A DNA stretch of 64,000 nt, from NCBI RefSeq assembly GCF_036321535.1, contig NC_087437.1, positions 53,074,001 through 53,138,000 on the forward strand, written 5' to 3'. The position numbers and the translations under genes are program-made. The notes under the pieces were generated by a model. The model was not told the DNA's origin and did no database searches. It saw only the letters and a program-made list of their open reading frames with translations. This DNA comes from Camelus dromedarius. Taxonomy: Eukaryota. Positions 41,126-52,905 of the stretch are shown here, in pieces (position 1 is the first letter of the stretch; each line of letters opens with the position of its first letter).

Positions 41126-41660
41126 GTGTACGAGGTAGTTTCCGGAGATGGCTGGAGCCAGTTTTCCTCCTTCCTGTGTGAGCCACTGTCCCATGAGATG
41201 TGGCGTGCATTCCTCCACTCACCGAATCTGGGCCATACCTGTGACTGCTTTGGCCAATGGAATGTGGAGAGAGTTACGTTCTAGGACCTCTGAGCCCAGG
41301 TGTTAAAAAGGCCTGCTGCCCCTTGTGTGCTCCTGGAGCCCTGAGCCACATGTACAAAGTCCAGGCTACACTGCTGGCAAGACAGGCCACAGGGAGAGGC
41401 CCTGGGAGATGAGCAAGCACTTGGAGGGACAGGCCCCCGTAGGAGCACGAGGTACCAGCCGTGAGTGAATCCGCCACGCTGGGTCACGTGAGGCATCCTG
41501 GCTGCAGCTCTAAACACTGTGCAACAGGAACTTGTCATCCTACTGTGGCCCGTCCAGATGCCCCAGCCACAGAACCACAAGAAAAACCCCAAGTGGTTGG
41601 TTGTCATAACTCATCAAGTTTTGAAGTTGTTTTGATGCAGCAACAGATAACAGAGACACA
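41126..41660 (+). mobile_element. MaLR MLT1-type solo LTR
   Basis: gtgactgctttggccaatggaatgtgg; end aagttttgaagttgttt..tgcagcaacagataacagagaca. Confidence 0.75.
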
Positions 41661-42986
41661 TTGTTAGGGTGAAGAAACAGCACACCAAATAGCCTAGCAT
41701 GTTTGTTCTTAAAATACACATATGTATATATGTGTAGGGATATGTGTATTTTAATATTTATATTTATACACAAACACACTCGTCGTGGTTATTGCTGGGA
41801 GAGAGGACCATGAGCAGCTTGAAATTTCATCTTTCTGTTTTCTGAAATGTTTACACCTGCTTTTATTTTGTAACAAAAAATTCTTAATATCATGCTGTCC
41901 TTTTTAACAAGCACTTTACACTCAGTTCACATTAAGCTTACTGTCAGCTCCATTGTGTATATAATATCCCCAAGGGGAACTTAACATGGCTTCTCCCCTG
42001 AGGGAAGGTCACCAGAGAAGGTGTAGGGTTTGTGTTATTTAAACAGAACATGCCAAAAGCCTCTCGTCTTGACACTCTTGGCTTCTCTGACCTGGAACCC
42101 ACTGGAGAAAGTTCCCAGCTCTCAGGCTATGCACTTCAGTTATTCGGCTATTGTCAAGCTCCTGTTTTCGTGGTGAGGGAAGAGCAGTTGCTATGGCAAT
42201 GCAATCTGACTGAATGCCAGAATGTGTCTAAAATTGGTAGAGGTGCCTTTTTCTGGGTTTCCTCTGAGGATTAATCATTTTCCAAGAATTGTACCTTTTT
42301 TTCCCTCTCTTGTTAGAACACTGGTGTCCAAGCCCCTCACCCAGTTCTGGGACATGGACAATATGAGGATGGGTCAGAGGACAAGGCTGATGGTTGAAAA
42401 AAAACCACAAAGGAGCCATTTCCTATCTAATACTCTGGTTCTTTTCACCCCTGCCACCTCAACGGCTTTGCCACATTTGGGCCCCTCTGTCCGTTACCTT
42501 CCACAGAGTCCCAGGCCTTGAGGTATCTTTGCTGGCTTCACTTTGCTCCGTAAGTTTTGGTGATACTTCCACAGCAATCTCCCACAAATCGGCATTCGTT
42601 CATTGCCACAGTCCCCATCTTAGCTCTGTGCCTGCGCTCACGCTAGATTCATCCCAAGGACTTTGGACCTCCCTGACCTGGCAGCTCCCTCCTCCAGGCC
42701 ACCTTGCACACAGCCACCAGATGCATGGCTCTACATTTTGCCACCTCGGTCCAAAGGCCATGCCTTGATATGCAGGGCCCTTCTGCTGTCCCCGTCCCTC
42801 CCATGCCCCCTCCCCACCCACCTGCTCCTTCTCTCCATCTGGCCCAGAAGTCCTCCTTACTGCCCCTCAGACACCCTCTCCCTCTGGACCCCTCCACCTG
42901 TGCTTCCACTGTTTCTACCCACTGCCACCATCTACTACTCACATTTTAAACTTCTTTCCTCCGTAGAGTTGCCCAGCTAACACCTC

Positions 42987-43345
42987 TGTTGTGCGTTAAA
43001 TTGTAGCCCCTGCAAATTTGTATGTTGAAGTCCTAATCCCGCGGTACCTCAGAGTGTGACTCTATCGGAAACAGGGTCACTGCAGATGTAATTAGCTCAG
43101 ATGAGGCCATACTGGAACAGGGTGGGCCCAGTCCAATACGACTGTGTCCGTATACAGAGGGAAACGGGACACACACACACACACAGGGGACCGCCGTGTG
43201 AAGAAACACAAAAGACAGCCCAAAGGACAGGCTGGGAGCAGGTCCTTCTCCCCCAGCGCTCAGAAGGAACCCACCCAGCCGACAACCTGATTTTGGACTC
43301 CTAGGCTCCAGAACTGTGAGAGCCTTTCTGCTGTTCTAAGCCACT
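42987..43345 (+). mobile_element. MaLR MLT1A/B-type LTR
   Basis: tatgttgaagtcctaatccc..tacctcagagtgtgact, gcagatgtaattag, ctccagaactgtgag...taagccac. Confidence 0.85.
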
Positions 43346-44705
43346 CATCAACTTCCCCCAGCTCTAAATTCTCTGCTCGTTTGTGCACTCAGTTTCGCCA
43401 TCTCTGCCAGAGGTGTCTCCCTGCTGCCTTAAACCTGTTCTCTGCTTGTGTCACAAGCACATTTCTGACTCCCTAACAAGATTCCAATTCCTCAGGGACA
43501 AGCCTTTTCTCTGCACTTCTTTTTCATCCCTGACAGAGCCTGGTAGTTTGCTGACCCATGGAGTAGGCTGAATTAGATGGAGTTTACTCTGGAGGGTGAT
43601 TCCTTGCTCCTCGTCAATACATTGCAGAGTTTCTTTAAACCTACTGCAGTCAGACAAGAGGCCACAGGCTCCAGGGTACCAGGGAAAGACTGTCCAGTAG
43701 CTCTATAGGGGGGCACATGGGGGTCACGGGGTGTCACGCCCAGAGTGACCAAAGGGGGATAGCATCTGGGCCAGCCCTCTCATTCTGCATAAGAGGACAC
43801 TGAGGTTAGGGGCGTGGGGGTCAGGTGACGTGAAGGGTGGGATGGGTTAAGGTCTGTTACATCACAGAGCGAGAGCTGGAGCTGGCACTGAGCCCGATCC
43901 CCTAATTCTCAGACCAGTACTGTGGAAAGGCTGCCTGCCCTGTGGGGTGGGGGGCAGACTGCCTAAAGGGCATCAGAGGATGACCTGAGCAAGCTCAGTA
44001 TGGCAGGTCACTATGCTACAGCCCAGTGACTTACAAAGCGCCAGCACAGTTAATGAGGGGAGAGGGGTTAGGACAATGGGGTACAGTCAGCAGCGCAGTG
44101 GAGGGCTCCACAAGATGGAAGGCTCATAAAAATCAGTGCCGTTGCATAATCATGATGCACACTAGGTGTGTGCAGAGTGCAGCGGTCAGCCTGGACAGAC
44201 TCCTGTCACCAGTCAGGATTAGGAGTGGCCCGTGGAGGCAGGGCACACAGCAGTGCACCAGCATGTGGACATGGGCCTCATCACCACTGTGTCTTGATGC
44301 ACTGAAACTACTCCTAGGTACAACTGGCAAACCCAAGAGCCCCACGTGAAAGCCCAGGCTGCTCCAGAACAAAGTCAAGAAGGAGACACGCATCAGAATT
44401 CTGCATCTTACAGAAAGAAGGCATTGGATCCAAGCTCAAGAGTATATTAAAGAAAATGACTAACATTGTAACCAAGCAGTCTGCAGTCCTTCAAAAATTA
44501 TGCTATAAAGAGGTTTTGATGACCTGAGAAAATCCTTACAGTATTATATGATGTGAAAAATACAGACTGGAAGAAAAAGGGTATGTTCAGGAACTCAACC
44601 AAGTCACGCAATATGCACAGGATGAGAATGTTCCAAAATGTGCAGAGAGTTTACCCGTGATTTTTAACCTATCTTTATTTTTCTCCCCTGTATATTCTAA
44701 ATTAT

Positions 44706-44744
44706 CATGTATCATTTATAGAGCATGTATCATTTATACAGCAT
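44706..44744. repeat. 18-bp tandem duplication (CATGTATCATTTATA(G/C)AG x2)
   Basis: Two adjacent copies with one mismatch. Confidence 0.9.
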
Positions 44745-44922
44745 AAAGATAATTGTGTTCTTATGTTTAAAGACACAAATTCTGTGTTTATAAAGAAACA
44801 TAAGCTGTCAGGCCTGATCTCATTCTCGGTGCTCTGCAATGATTATATTACTCTGCTGTCCAGAAAAGCTCTCCCCGACCAAGAGGAAATCCCACCCCAG
44901 GTGGGTCAATCCATTTACTCAC

Positions 44923-44989
44923 ATTCTGTGTATTTCTGGAGTTGGCCAAATTCTTCTGGAGTGAGGGAGACCCACCGTTCTTCACTCAT
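44923..44989 (-). CDS. DGKG: DGKG exon 2 coding part (67 nt): MSEERWVSLTPEEFGQLQKYTE(Y)
   Basis: ATG in context GCAAAGATGA (A at -3); donor T|GTGAGT; phase 1. Confidence 0.96.
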
Positions 44990-45231
44990 CTTTGCTGGAT
45001 GTGAGCACGTGAGCTTAGGGACAGAGTTTTGTTCACCAGGCTAAAGCCGAGGCCCAGCCTGGGGCTTGGTTCATTGCAGGTACACAATGGACAAGCCCTT
45101 CAGGAGATTTCTCAAGGACCCAAGTGTCTACGGCAGCTGCGGGCACCTTTCAGCAGATGAAGACCTCTGATATTTCTCAGGAAACATCCTTCAGTTTGTA
45201 GACAAGGTAAATTCAGAAGTCTTTGCTCCTC
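44990..45231 (-). other. DGKG: 5'UTR part of the first coding exon (exon 2)
   Basis: Polypyrimidine tract and acceptor gtcttttctacttccgcccag|GAGGAG at 45231; continuous to the start ATG. The acceptor choice is inferred. Confidence 0.7.
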
Positions 45232-45869
45232 CTGGGCGGAAGTAGAAAAGACATTGTGAATGAGAATGTGAGAATGCATAAGTCATTTTTCTTGTTAAAA
45301 AAAAAAATCCCCAAGTGATCTTTGAGAAAGCTCTATAGAAGGCATTTGTTCTCAATAGATGGGGGATGTCCTTTCAGGGAAGTCAGAAGAGGACAGACAT
45401 ACAGACCAGTCTGGCTGGGGTGGGGGTTGGGTGGCCAGTATGAAGAGGTAGCCATACTCCTAAACTCTGGGAAATTTAAAATGTCTCACGTGAGAGGCAG
45501 TAGTAGGGCCACCTAAGGGCATCCTCTAGGTATGAAAATGGCTCAGGCTATCAGACATCTCATGAGTGAGTACAGGGACAGTAGCCCATGTGGCGTGATT
45601 TGAAAGGTAAGCCAGTCTCTCCTCCGCTGACTTCTAAATTTCACCATTAGAGCTGGGCTTACTTTCCTCTGATGAGTCACTGAGTCACTCTGGAAATTCA
45701 AATACCCACCCCTCCTCAAAGCTGGCTAACATCCTAGTGACTGAAGCAGTTTTTTCTCCTCTCAGAAGGACAGAAACAATTAGAGGGAAAGCCTGCTGGT
45801 CCCAGTGTGGAGGAGCCTGAGGGAGTGAAGAGGGATGGATTCAGACTAACACTTAACGTCGTTTCCTTT

Positions 45870-46125
45870 GAGCCCCTCCTGGTATGGTGACTCCATCAGT
45901 CCCACCATCAGTCATTAAATCAGTTTAGCGGGTTGTAAAGTTAACATGTTGGGCCAAGACCAGCATTTAAAAACATGAAATAGAACAGCACAGAATGGAA
46001 AGAAATGGAGTTGAAAACAAGAGGGCATCTCCTTCCAGTTAGACATGTATGTGTACACCTATCATAATGTAAAATGTATTTCTTATTCCGAGTTGAGGTT
46101 AAAAAGACGTTGGAAAGCCACAAAC
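45870..46125. mobile_element. hAT-type DNA transposon remnant
   Basis: aaatcagtttagcggg...gaccagcatttaaaaa...atgtaaaatgtatttcttat...ttggaaagccac resembles hAT MITE consensus from memory. Confidence 0.55.
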
Positions 46126-46580
46126 TTAACAGGATGGGAAATAAAGACCAATGCTACCAAAGAACAAGCCCAGTGTTGATAAGAGAGGATCCATCATAGA
46201 CAGTCAGGCTTTAAGGCAAGTCTGGGGAGCCTGGAGTATATGAGGAATGGTGGAGGGGCTGGGTGAGATGACCCGGTGAGGACTTGGACAGTCCTCTGGA
46301 GTAGCAGATAGACTTGGTTGGTGTGGACCTGGAGGGCTGAACTAGAGCTGAGAGAAAATGCTGGCGGGACACCTCCTGTAAGGAGATCCTCTGTAAGGAA
46401 GACCTTCCATCAGTCAGATCTCCAACAGCAGGAGGCAATGCATGGCAAGGGAACGAGATGCCTGTATCTCTGGGAGCATTCAAGTTCTAGCTTCTCTCCT
46501 GAAAAAAAACTAATTGTTTTCTTAATCTGCTGGCCAACTGGATTCTGCTCTTTGGCACTGGCTCTTGCCATGGTTTCCAG

Positions 46581-47019
46581 TGTATTAGTAAAGGGAAACC
46601 TCACTGAAATGGAGTTGGGAAACCAGAAGGGGGAGCTCTCATGCAGTACCACAATTTCAGGAGGAATTAAAGCCCCCAACAGAAGAATCAACAGGAAAGA
46701 GTCATCAATTACAGGCCCCCCAGGAGATGATGTACATTGCACTTCCTACAAGAAACTGACTACCCCAGCAACACAACCAATGAGTAACCGTCATCATCCC
46801 AAACTCTCACTTTTCTCCAACAGACTTCTGTTTAAAACATCCCCTCCCAGCTTCTTCCTTTTTCTACATAAAATAACATTCTTCTCCTTTGTATGCTGGA
46901 CTTGCCTATAATAAACTATAGCTGTTTGTCCCGAATTGCAATTCCTCCACTATTCCCAAGCAAACCCTTTTTTTTTTCTTTCTGTAAAATAACTGGCCGT
47001 TTTATTTCTAAGGTCAAAA
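46581..47019 (+). mobile_element. ERV1-class solo LTR (439 bp) with 4-bp TSD CCAG
   Basis: Starts TG; CCAG at 46577-46580 and 47020-47023; U3-like ccaatgag and cataaa; end ggtcaaaa (terminal CA apparently mutated). Confidence 0.7.
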
Positions 47020-48084
47020 CCAGTGACCCAGTGCTCTCTCTGCAGCCTTGGACTTGTCAGAAAACAACCCCCTGGAACCTCTCTTTCTAAGTGTTCCTCC
47101 TCAGTCTCCCCCCATTTCTTCTTTTGCCATTGTTAAAAACTGGGTGTTTTCAAAATCCTATCCTCAGCCCTCTCCTCACAATACATCCCTTCCCTGAGGG
47201 ACCTCATCTGCCTCCACAGCTTCAATGACCCCCAAGCACGCTGCTCCAGCCCTGCACTCTCTCCTCAGTCCAGATCTGCAGACCCAACTGTCTCCTGGGA
47301 CTCCCAGGAGATGTATGTCCCAAACAACCCTGAGCTGCACCTTGCCACCCAACCTGCCCCTCTTCTGTATTCTGGTCATGCCCAAGAAGAGTCAATACTC
47401 AGGCCAGAGGTCTGAGGCTGAGCCTAAGCTCCTCACTCTCTCCTGCCAAACCCAGGCACCAGCCTGGGAGTATGACTGTCCATTGTGTGTTCCCTCCGCT
47501 CTATCATGCCAGTCGCTTTGTTAACTCAGACCCTCATCTCCTCTTGCCTTGTCTCTGACAACAGCCTCCTGCTGGTCTCCCTGCCTTGGGTTTTGCTTTC
47601 TTCCCCTTGGTCCACTCTAAATTGCCAACCAAATCACATCTTCCCTGGTAATAAAATTCTTCACTGGCTTCTACTGTCTATAGAATAAAATGTAATCTTC
47701 TTTTCATGATACACAAAAGCTTTTTATGCTCTGGCCTTTGATTATTAATTCAGTCCAAAAGCAAGACCTTTGGAAACATTTTCCATCATACAAGGGAATT
47801 CAGCACTGCACTGGTATTAACACTGCTGCTGGACACTTATTTTACACTGTGCTATATGCTTTACATATATTATCTAATTTAGTCCTCATAACAACCATGT
47901 AAATTAAGCACTGCCTTCCCTATTTTTAGACAAGGAAAATGAGGCAAGCTGTTTAGTAAATATGATGAGGAGAAAGAAGGCACCACCCAATGCTTTTGTT
48001 TAAGAATGCCTCTCTGATCTTATCATTCTGCACACTTTCAGAAGCTCAGAACTCTAAGAGGACCCAGAGACACACTACATGATA

Positions 48085-48350
48085 GAACAGCACAGAACCT
48101 GAAATCAGAAGGCAGGGGATGTGCATCCTGGCTCTGCCTCTTACTAGCTATTTGACTTTAGATAAATTTTTCATTTCTTGAACCTTGGTTTCCTCACCTT
48201 AAAAATGGGAATGACTAATAAAAAATCTCACTGAGTTAGTGTTAGGATCAAGTGAGTTAATATATGCAAAAAAATAACCCCCAACCCCAAACCCTACCTA
48301 GCATAATGCCTATCACACAGTGGGCACTCAATAAATAGTTACTGTTATCA
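48085..48350 (+). mobile_element. MIR SINE
   Basis: atcctggctctgcctcttactagct...ccttggtttcctcacct...gcactcaataaatagttactgttat. Confidence 0.8.
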
Positions 48351-48635
48351 TCCTATTGCAAATACAGCACTTAGCAATATAGCTTAATCAGTTGAGAGCA
48401 GTTGGCTGCAAAGTCTTTGTGTTGTGCTGTAGAAAGCTGAACTTGAGCTTATCCTGCTGCAGGTGGTTGTAATTTTGTAATTCCTCATCAAACTTTTTCT
48501 CCACTAGTTTTAGCACCCACTGATGATTCTCGCCTGGATTAATTACTACTATAATAGTAACTTTGTAATTCCATCCTCCATTCTATACTTACTAGTTGGA
48601 ATTCTACTGTGAGAAAGAGCTTCTTTATTTCTTTA

Positions 48636-48694
48636 TACTATACTATACTATACTATACTATACTATACTATACTATACTATACTATACTATACT
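48636..48694. repeat. (TACTA)11-12 pentanucleotide microsatellite
   Basis: Perfect repeat, directly visible. Confidence 0.98.
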
Positions 48695-49154
48695 TAATAC
48701 TATAAATACTACATATACTATAAATATAGAAAGTGTTTATATAAATATACATACTATATAAGTATATTACTTTTACATATAATATATTTACTTATATTCA
48801 TGGATTCCTACTTTATTCAATGGGTTATAATCCATTATCATCATTATCCTTTTTGATTCTCAAATTGTCCCAGATTTGGTTGGTGCAAGCTCATTCAAGG
48901 TGATTCCTTGTTCTTAGACATATTCCTATCATTCTTTGATCACATCTTTATTTTCTGGTACTACAAAATAATTCAGGCTCATCTTGCACTTCCTCAGTAC
49001 TAGTCCTGAAGTCAGTCATTCCTCCAAAGAGCCAATTCCTTTTAGTGGAGAATGGTATTTGAAACCAAGGTTTGGGCACTAGGTATGCTCATTGCTACTG
49101 GGGTGTCACTGCTTCTAGGCCCTATCAGGGACAGAGCTGGGAAGCATATGCACG

Positions 49155-49158
<4 letters not shown>

Positions 49159-49190
<32 letters not shown>
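49159..49190. repeat. (CA)16 microsatellite
   Basis: Perfect repeat, directly visible. Confidence 0.98.
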
Positions 49191-49193
<3 letters not shown>

Positions 49194-50516
49194 CATCTCT
49201 GGCTATCTATCTTTCTATCCATCCATCCACTGATCCATCAGTCCACCCACCATCCATCGTTAAAAACCCCAAGTTCATATGCATACACTACAGTGTCAAT
49301 TGTAGCCTACTCTCATTCCATATTGTTAAACTCCCTTCTACAGCAAGCTCTGTTTCCATGATCTACAATATACTTATTTTCTCAACCCTAAAATATACAG
49401 AAAGTAGTTTCAGAAGTGCTAGCTACATCTCTGTGGAAAACAGAGTTCAAGATTTATTTATAGTTCCTTTGTCTTCAGCGAACAGCATATACTCAAAATA
49501 CTATTTTGAAAAAGTTTCTTAGGTTAGTTCTTTCCTACTCCCATTCATTCCTGTTTGTATTTCACTGTAGGGTTTTTTTTTCCCTCCATTTCCACTGATT
49601 CTTTATTACTATGGTTTCAAAAGTCAGAACCATACAAAAAGGTATCTTCAGGGAAGCCTTGCTTTCCCCCATTCCCTTAACTCTGTTCCCATCGCCCTCC
49701 TTTCCATCTTGTTCCCATCTACTGCTTATGGTTTCTGGTTTATCCTTCCTGTTTATTTTCACACCAGTGAGCAGATATAGGGATGTTTTCTTACTTCCTC
49801 TTCTTCAGCATACAAAAGGTAGCACATTGTAGATAGTCTTTTATACATGGTTTTTTTTTTCACTTAACAGTATATCCCATGAATCTGTTCATATCTGTGC
49901 GTAGATATCTTCCTCATCTAGAACCAAACCTGGCTCCAGCATTTACTTGCTTAAAAACCGTTCAGAGGCCTCCCTTGGCCTCCAGGTTAAAAGGCAGGCT
50001 CTTTAGCCAGTTCCAGAAGATCTGTGGTACAGCTCTCCTCTCCATCCTTACTCCAATGACCTCCTGCCCCACATGCTCCCCCTTCCAGCCAAATCAACCT
50101 ACTGTCTACTCCTGGCACCTAGCAAAGTACTTGGCACACGGCAAAACCTCATAAACATTAGTTAATGGACTGACAACATGACTTTAATCTACCTGGAATT
50201 CCCTTCACCCCTTCCTTCCCATAACAAACCACTACTCTACATCTGGCTCCAGATACAAAGATCACTCCTTCTCTATAGCTTTTTTGAACTTTTTGAGCAA
50301 ACCAAGCTGTTCTCCCAGCTGTGTTCCCATAGAACACACAGATCCTCTACTTCTCTATTGCAGGAACTGATGGTCCCACGTGGGAGAGAGACATCCGAAC
50401 AAATAATTAACACACAAGCTGGTAAGAGCAGTGGTTCAGATATGTACAGGGAACTATGGGACCATCTAATGTGTCTGTAGCAGGCATGGGCTGGGTGGAA
50501 AAAGATTCCTGAAGAT

Positions 50517-50940
50517 GAGAAGGAGCAACACAGTAAAGAAGTATATGTTGCAATAACTCAACAAATACTCCTATTATTCACTGTTGTTCCATTGTAGCTT
50601 AGTGCTTGGCTTCATAGTGGAAGAAAGTTGCAGAATAGAGAGTAACATTTGTCTTGCTGGAGGTTTACAGGAACATTATGACCTGACCTACATGGACAGC
50701 TGCAAGAACAAAGGATTTCTACACCAAGAAGTTTGCAACAACCAACCACACCCCCTCCTCTTTTTTGTATAGAAGGAGCCTGAATTCTGACTTGGGGAAG
50801 ATGGTTCTCTAGGACGTTAGTCCCCTAACTTCTTGGTCTGCTGGCTTTCTGAATAAAGTCGTTATTCCTTGCCCCAACACCTCGTCTCCTGATTTACTTG
50901 CCTGTCGTGCGGCGAGGAGAGTAAGTTTGGACTCAGTTAA
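50517..50940 (+). mobile_element. ERV1 LTR, MER41-like; left boundary uncertain
   Basis: 3' part tcttggtctgctggctttctgaataaag...ctcgtctc...gcggcgagga...tttggactcagtta resembles the MER41 R/U5 region from memory. Confidence 0.7.
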
Positions 50941-52348
50941 TGCTCCCACATGATGGTCCCCTCTGGTTTTCTGCCCTTTGACAGAGATGACAGCTACCAC
51001 AAGAGAGGGCTTGCTCCAGCTGACATCATCACTTGGCATCTCTCTTTCAGTAGCCTGCCCTATCACACCCCTCTTGGAAGCTCTTTACAGTGTGAACAGT
51101 CTTTCTTATTACCACCCTGAACATCTTTGCTGACAGGAAAAAAAAATGTAATAGGATCTTCTAAATAACACTCAGATTGGATATTGTCAGGCTTGGGTGG
51201 GAGAAGAGTGTTTCATGTCCCTACAGCTATGCCACTGTGAGCACTGGCTTCAGCTCCCATGGCCTCGGTTTCCTTGTCTAAAAGCAAGGGGGTGGGAAAA
51301 ATGGCTCCTAACACATTTTCCAGCTCTGCAATTTCATATACTGGATCCAACTCTGTTTGTTCTCTACAGATGTCAGCATGGAAATCACAAGTCAGAAGGA
51401 AGAAGGCAAATTCAATGCGTATTGAATTGCACCCCAGGTCTCTCTATTCATTCGAATGAATCAGCCACAGGCAATTATCCAGGAACAAACACCTCTTCAT
51501 CTCCTCTTTGCTCTCACAAAAACATTAATTCATGAATATAGCATCAGATTGGGGGTATTTATACGCATCTGATGATTTATAACAAACCCATAATGAGTAT
51601 ACTTCTTAAAGGGAAGACTCACTAAAAGCTAGAAAGATAAGAACCCCTCTCTCTTCTCAGACTTGTGACGAGTCGAATCTTGATAAATGCCCCATCTCTA
51701 GGCTTTTGCTCCTGTTGAGCCTTCTTCAACTTTGTAATTCCTATGCAGACTTTGGAGTTCAGTTCAAATATCACCTACTTCTAAGACGCTCCCTTTAATT
51801 GCCTGGACTGGGCTGGACATGTCTTCTCTACTCTCCAATATCTCCTTTGGCTTTTCTCCATTATGGCACTGGCCCCATGGCAGTGTACGTGCCCACTCTT
51901 TCCCTGCAAGACTCTGAGCTCCTTCAGGGTAGAAACAGTGTCCTGCACACCTCGTAGCTCTAGCAATTGGAAAATTTCTAACGGTTCAGTTCTTGACCAC
52001 TAGAAAAGTGGTTCTCAACTTTTTTTGAGTGAGACCATTTGCCTGGAGCAAAAAGGTCCTCTCATACCTGTTTTCACTTCCTGGCAGCAGAAGAACAGGG
52101 TAAAAACAGAAAACTGGAGAGGAACAAAAGACACAAGTTGATGTAAAATTGTTGATAATATTAGTCCATTTAATTTATAACAGAAAACATGAACTAGTGT
52201 ACACACTTTAATATTAAAATAATGACCTATAAATTTATAACTATAAATCATAATCTATAAACTTATCATAGTCACTTTATTACACTTAACCTGATAGCAT
52301 GTTAGGGGTTATTTAAATTGCTTGAATTCATCAATGAACCATCACCTT

Positions 52349-52905
52349 TGTAGTAGTCTGTTACACTGATGGTTTCCAAAAACCATGCCTCCCAGTATTC
52401 ATGTCCTGTCTCTTCCCCTTGAGTCTGGGCTGTGCCTGTGACTTGCTTTAACCAAGAGAACACAGTGATGTGCCAGTGTTAGGCCTAAGCCCGAAGGCCT
52501 GGAAGCTTCCACTTTTGTGTTCTTGGGAGCACTGAATCGCATGTCAGAAGGTCAGCCGCCTTGCTAGAGAGATTACAGAGAAACCACGTGGAAAGAGGGA
52601 GACCTAACGTCACGTGGAGGAGAACTGAGCAACCCAGCTGATGAAGCCCCTGCTGGAAGATCCCAGGCAAGCCATCCAGCCAGCAAGCAGCCATGTAAGC
52701 CACCCTAGCTCTGGTGCAGACACGGAAGGCAAGGAGCCATTTTGCATTTTATAGCTTTAATCACCATGATGTCAGGTGGAGGTGAGCTGTCCCTACTGAG
52801 TCCTGCCTGAATTCCTGGTGCACAGAATCATGCAGAATAATAAAGTGACTGTTGAGCCCCTATGTTTTAGCGTAGTTAGTTATGCAGTCATAAATAACCA
52901 AAATA
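52349..52905 (+). mobile_element. MaLR MLT1-type solo LTR
   Basis: gagtctgggctg..cctgtgacttgctttaacc, gcctggaagcttccactttt, end gttatgcagtcataaataaccaaaata. Confidence 0.8.

Larger units (their letters stand above)
1..45231 (-). other. DGKG: DGKG gene, partial (exon 2 to intron 13); 45232-64000 is probably intron 1
   Basis: Twelve minus-strand exons with canonical splice sites and consistent phases. Spliced 403-aa product (MSEERWVSLTPEEFGQLQKY...PTSICPVTR) matches type I DGK gamma from memory. Confidence 0.98.
48440..49910 (-). mobile_element. Old L1 (L1MC/MD-like) 3' region, sense to DGKG
   Basis: ttattcaatgggttataatcc, tccttttagtggagaatggtatttgaaaccaag, tcacttaacagtatatc. Confidence 0.75.

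Noticed and set aside
46318..46911. 197-aa plus-strand ORF, the longest in the track
   Set aside because: TTG start, crosses an LTR boundary, no recognisable domain.
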